40,916 nucleotides of DNA, from contig MGHM01000002.1 in assembly GCA_001793235.1 (NCBI GenBank), positions 1 through 40,916 of the forward strand, read 5' to 3'. Origin of the DNA: Candidatus Woesebacteria bacterium RIFCSPLOWO2_01_FULL_44_24b (GTDB lineage: Bacteria; Patescibacteriota; Microgenomatia; UBA8517). The position numbers were made by a program, and so were the translations under genes. The notes under the pieces were generated by a model that did no database searches, was not told the origin of the DNA, and saw only the letters and a program-made list of their open reading frames with translations. Positions 37,388 to 40,916 of this stretch are shown in pieces; the first letter of the stretch is position 1, and each line of letters opens with the position of its first letter.

Positions 37388-38054
37388 TGTCGCTAATTGT
37401 ACCAAGCGGATCAAGCCGTGCACGAACTATTAAGCGCTTCGGCCTTAAGGGGTGCCCCGGCGGAGTACAAGTAATTAAAGTGACGTACGAGTCTGTAATA
37501 TTTTGAGCTAAAATTTCCAGGTCAGTCGGGGAGACTTCAAACAACTCTTCAACGTTGTAGCTATAAGTAATGCCGTCGTAGCGAATCTCAAGTTTATCTC
37601 CTTTTTTCATAGTTGGAAGTGTGGAAAAAATTGACAGATAGTCTTTGGGGTTAAAAAACTGAGGCAAAATAGAGTGCCCAAAAATGACCGCATTGCCGCG
37701 CTTTCCGGGAAGTGCCGTTCCGGGGTATTGTATGAGCGACTCAGTCAGGTCCTCGCCACCGATTGCGACAGTCGCATTTTCTATTCCCAGTTTTGGAATA
37801 GATAAAGTGTAGTAGCGGACTTTGGAGACCTCAGAAACGTCAAAGTCGGCAGCCTTAAACCAGTTGCTTGCTTTGGTATAGTCAACTTTTTCAGAAGCAA
37901 AAACTTCACCTTCAGGAACAGGAGAAAGATATTCTTTAAAACGGGTGCCGTCGGCTAAGTTGTAAGAAACAATGGGAAGCGTCACGAACGCCAAAACTAA
38001 AAAACCCAATATTCCCGAGGTCAACCCGATGAGCTTGAAAGCTGATTTCCTCAT
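37365..38054 (-). CDS. Sortase (class D/E-like)
   Basis: LSIPKLG, GNAVIFGH, TLITC, RLIVRA catalytic His-Cys-Arg; N-terminal TM helix. Confidence 0.93.
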   Translation of the reverse strand: MRKSAFKLIGLTSGILGFLVLAFVTLPIVSYNLADGTRFKEYLSPVPEGEVFASEKVDYTKASNWFKAADFDVSEVSKVRYYTLSIPKLGIENATVAIGGEDLTESLIQYPGTALPGKRGNAVIFGHSILPQFFNPKDYLSIFSTLPTMKKGDKLEIRYDGITYSYNVEELFEVSPTDLEILAQNITDSYVTLITCTPPGHPLRPKRLIVRARLDPLGTISDNGKSTWN

Positions 38055-40105
38055 TGCGCCGATACCACCTCCACGGAAATATTTTGTGTTAAACGGGGAA
38101 TGTTGCCCAAGAAGCCCGGAAGCTTGGGTCTAACGGTAACCTCCGAGCGCTGATACCCTGGAATTTTCGCTAAACGCTCCTCAACTGCCGTCGGATGACG
38201 GCCGGCTACATCTCGCTTAATTTGGTCCGTGTCAACAGTTGGCAGCAAATTCGCACTCAAGGCAATATCAAATTCCCAAACTCCGCTTTCAACTTCGTCA
38301 ACTAACTGAAACTCCGTCTCCACCTGCTCGCTTCTAAGATTAAAGCCTTCGGGTATCTGATCCTTAAGGATTTCAGCAGACAGTTCCGAAACCTGCTCCT
38401 CGCCAATTGTGAGCCCTCGGGCGGTTATGGTCATTGATACGGTAACACTTTCGGCTTCATCCCCGGCCTTGCCACTTGCGGACTCATCGACAGTCTCATA
38501 TTTAGACGAGTCTGCCACAAAACGCGCACTGCTTGCCTGTGATTCCAAGTTACTTCTGGCACTGGCTTTAAGCTCCTCCAGAAGCTCGTCCCGTAAGCTT
38601 TCTATATCATCCCCGGAAATTGCTTGCGCCTCACGGCTGCTGCCTCCGGAAAAATCCTCCGAACTCACCGCGTCCACCTCGCTTTTGGGAAAGTTCGAAA
38701 CCGCAAAACTCTCATTGGCAGCAAGGTTGTAATCTGCCCCAATAGCACTGGCCGTGACACCCACTGCCGCCTCTCCCGGAGTGCTTGGCGAGCTTGCTGC
38801 AGGAATTGTTACACCCTCGTCCATTTCAAACTCCAAGTCATTGGGGCCGGTCAGAGTAGTGCCGGACTCAAAAGTAACCTCGTCTGCCGTGCCGTTTCTG
38901 ATGTTTACGCGCCCCTTAGCCCGATCACCAACAGTGCGTGTACCAGTGGTTGATTTTGTTTTTTCAGAAGCTACCTCGGTCTCCACAACTACGGCCGGAA
39001 AAGTAAAACTGCCCGGTTCGGGGAGCTCAATGTTTTCATCCAAAACAACCACCTCGGTATCCTGTAAATTTTTCGGAGAAATATAAATGGTTATTTCAGC
39101 ACGGGGGAAATAAAACCAAGCCAGTCCCAAACCAACTAAGAGGATTAATAAAACACCCGCCAAGAGAACTCCTGCCCGCTTTCCGCCAAAGGAAAATGAA
39201 GGCAACCTGAATTTTTTCAAGAAAGATAGAGACGGAGCGTGAACGGCGGGCAGTGCGGGAACTATTTTTCGCCCTACTTTTTGCTCGCGAATGTTGCTAT
39301 CTACCGCAAAACCCAGATCCTCCGGGGAAAAATCGTTGGTAGCGGCCACATTGGAAACGACTTCGTGGGGTTCTTGTCCCTCAATTCCCTTAATGTTGCC
39401 CATTTCCGAGGCGCCCGCGATAGACACTGCCTCCACCTTTTCCAAATCACTTACTATCTCAACTTGTGGAGTATGCAAAAATTTAAGGTCTCCCGCCTCA
39501 GACCAGTCGGCGCGCAACAGCTCCTGCTTAACTTCCTCCAAAGCCACGCCGCGGCCGTCATACAAAAGCCATCGGGTAGGTACACTTCCGCCTGAAAAAC
39601 GACTAAGCCCTTCTACCATATCCTCAATCAGGGACGCACTCCTGCCCACGCTAACGGTACCCACAATATTGCCAAGCCTGAAAACGGTCACGTCCAGGCT
39701 CCCGGCCCCGACTCCTATTACAATGCCAGAAAGCGGGCTACCCTCTTTAATCTTGACTGCATGGGCAATGGCCTCTGGCAAGACCACAAAACCCGTGGGG
39801 GTGAGCGAAAGTTTCTGGGAAACCAGGCGGATTTTGTCCAAATGTGGCTTTTTGATACTCCCTTCTTCCACCCAAGAAGCCGGAACGCCAAAAACGGTTT
39901 TATTGGGCTCATGAGCGCCTTCAGGCAAGGCCTCGCCCACTTCAGAAAGGGCAGTGTCGGCCTTTTCCACAAGGTTGTCATCCGTCTCCCAAGGATAACC
40001 CTGGCTTCCCGAAAGCACGGATATATTTTCATTTTTGATGGTCCATAGTCCCGCCTGAACATTATCCTGTTCGATAACAATAGACCAGAAGTATTCGTTG
40101 TTCAT
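38051..40105 (-). CDS. Single-pass membrane protein with an FtsA/actin-like N-domain and a baseplate J/gp47-like C-domain
   Basis: TVFGVPASW, VVLPEAIA, central TM helix, then A.G.V...N.T, GADYNL, FSGGSSR. Confidence 0.7.
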   Translation of the reverse strand: MNNEYFWSIVIEQDNVQAGLWTIKNENISVLSGSQGYPWETDDNLVEKADTALSEVGEALPEGAHEPNKTVFGVPASWVEEGSIKKPHLDKIRLVSQKLSLTPTGFVVLPEAIAHAVKIKEGSPLSGIVIGVGAGSLDVTVFRLGNIVGTVSVGRSASLIEDMVEGLSRFSGGSVPTRWLLYDGRGVALEEVKQELLRADWSEAGDLKFLHTPQVEIVSDLEKVEAVSIAGASEMGNIKGIEGQEPHEVVSNVAATNDFSPEDLGFAVDSNIREQKVGRKIVPALPAVHAPSLSFLKKFRLPSFSFGGKRAGVLLAGVLLILLVGLGLAWFYFPRAEITIYISPKNLQDTEVVVLDENIELPEPGSFTFPAVVVETEVASEKTKSTTGTRTVGDRAKGRVNIRNGTADEVTFESGTTLTGPNDLEFEMDEGVTIPAASSPSTPGEAAVGVTASAIGADYNLAANESFAVSNFPKSEVDAVSSEDFSGGSSREAQAISGDDIESLRDELLEELKASARSNLESQASSARFVADSSKYETVDESASGKAGDEAESVTVSMTITARGLTIGEEQVSELSAEILKDQIPEGFNLRSEQVETEFQLVDEVESGVWEFDIALSANLLPTVDTDQIKRDVAGRHPTAVEERLAKIPGYQRSEVTVRPKLPGFLGNIPRLTQNISVEVVSAQ

Positions 40106-40119
40106 GAGCAGATTTTGGT

Positions 40120-40916
40120 TTAGTCAATTACCGCGTAAACCCTTCGCACGCCAGCCGCGGCTGATTCCTCCTTAGTAATTCTAACACGCCCGTGCATTTC
40201 GGATAATTTTGATATATGTGGGCCACCACAAAATTCTTTTGAAAAAGGGGAGTCAGTGTCTCCTATAAAATAAACATTTACATTATCGGGGTATTTTCTG
40301 CCGAACTCCATTTGCGCGCCGAGCTTCTCAGCCTCCTGCCTGAGCATGACTTTTTTGGTAACCGGCAAATCTTCGTCAATTTTTTGATTAATTAGTTCCT
40401 CAACTTTTTTCATTTCCTTGTCAGTCAGCTTCCTGCCAAAATTAAAATCCATCCTGAGCCTTTCGGCATTAATGTTGCTACCTTTTTGGGAAATACTTTT
40501 ATCAATTACTTTTTGGAGAGCAGCCAAAAGCAAGTGGTGCGCAGTATGAAGCCGGGTCACTTCAATAGACTGGTCGGCGAGCCCGCCTTTAAAAACCCCG
40601 ACAGAGCTGGTTCGCGACTTTTCCTGATGCTCCTCAAACGCTTTCTTGAATTCGTCAACATCAACCTTAATGCCTTTTTCTTGGGCTAATTCCAGTGTTA
40701 ACTCCAGTGGAAAGCCGTAAGTTTGGTACAAATCAAATGCCGCTTTGCCATCAACATTTTCCAACTTATCAAATTCCCTTAAACCCTTATCGAGAGTTCT
40801 TTGGAATTTGTCTACTTCCTCAATGATTGATTTATGGTCGGTTAAACCCTCAAAATCTTGATGTAGGGGCGTTGCGCGCAACGCCCCTACTGATTTCAAT
40901 TCTCTCATCTTTACAG
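40120..40916 (-). CDS. alaS: Alanyl-tRNA synthetase, C-terminal part (5' end outside the window); short form ending after the editing domain
   Basis: AFDLYQTYGFPLELT, HTAHHLL, EFCGGPH, AAGVRRV. Confidence 0.95.
   Translation of the reverse strand, partial: VKMRELKSVGALRATPLHQDFEGLTDHKSIIEEVDKFQRTLDKGLREFDKLENVDGKAAFDLYQTYGFPLELTLELAQEKGIKVDVDEFKKAFEEHQEKSRTSSVGVFKGGLADQSIEVTRLHTAHHLLLAALQKVIDKSISQKGSNINAERLRMDFNFGRKLTDKEMKKVEELINQKIDEDLPVTKKVMLRQEAEKLGAQMEFGRKYPDNVNVYFIGDTDSPFSKEFCGGPHISKLSEMHGRVRITKEESAAAGVRRVYAVID
40863..40890. repeat. GTAG-type REP-like perfect 28-bp palindrome in frame within alaS
   Basis: GTAGGGGCGTTGCGCGCAACGCCCCTAC equals its own reverse complement; encodes VGALRATPL. 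Confidence 0.85.

Noticed and set aside
38051-40105. Prophage or contractile injection system suggested by the baseplate-J-like domain
   Set aside because: No sheath, tube, capsid, terminase or integrase genes nearby; the protein has a TM helix and housekeeping neighbours
1-40916. tRNA, rRNA, tmRNA or group I/II intron
   Set aside because: Intergenic gaps are short, none shows a cloverleaf or T-loop signature, and the core genes are uninterrupted

Overview
Core-genome region of a Patescibacteria (CPR) bacterium, probably Microgenomates. The assignment is inferred from the absence of rpmD/uL30, trimmed uL2/uL15/uL18, and the baseplate-J-like/sortase/RuvX/MltG cluster. The minus strand carries a transcription-translation superoperon: a single fused rpoB-rpoC ORF, rpsL-rpsG-fusA-tuf-rpsJ, the S10/spc/alpha clusters and rplQ-rplM-rpsI. 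The left flank has a MacAB-type ABC exporter, a VIT1/CCC1 transporter and a phosphoesterase. The right flank has alaS (partial), a baseplate-J-like membrane protein, sortase, ruvX, a Zn-ribbon protein and mltG. The most unusual signals are: (1) a cassette-like stack of accessory genes between rpsJ and rplC, delimited by a diverged copy of the rpsJ 3' end and three copies of the rplC promoter; (2) palindromic and heptamer repeat elements sitting in frame inside essential genes (rplC, alaS, rplV); (3) structured, attenuator-like leaders for rplC, fusA and rpoBC; (4) apparently leaderless accessory genes; and (5) natural substitutions at streptomycin and rifampicin contact residues. No tRNA, rRNA, CRISPR array, integrase or transposase was seen.
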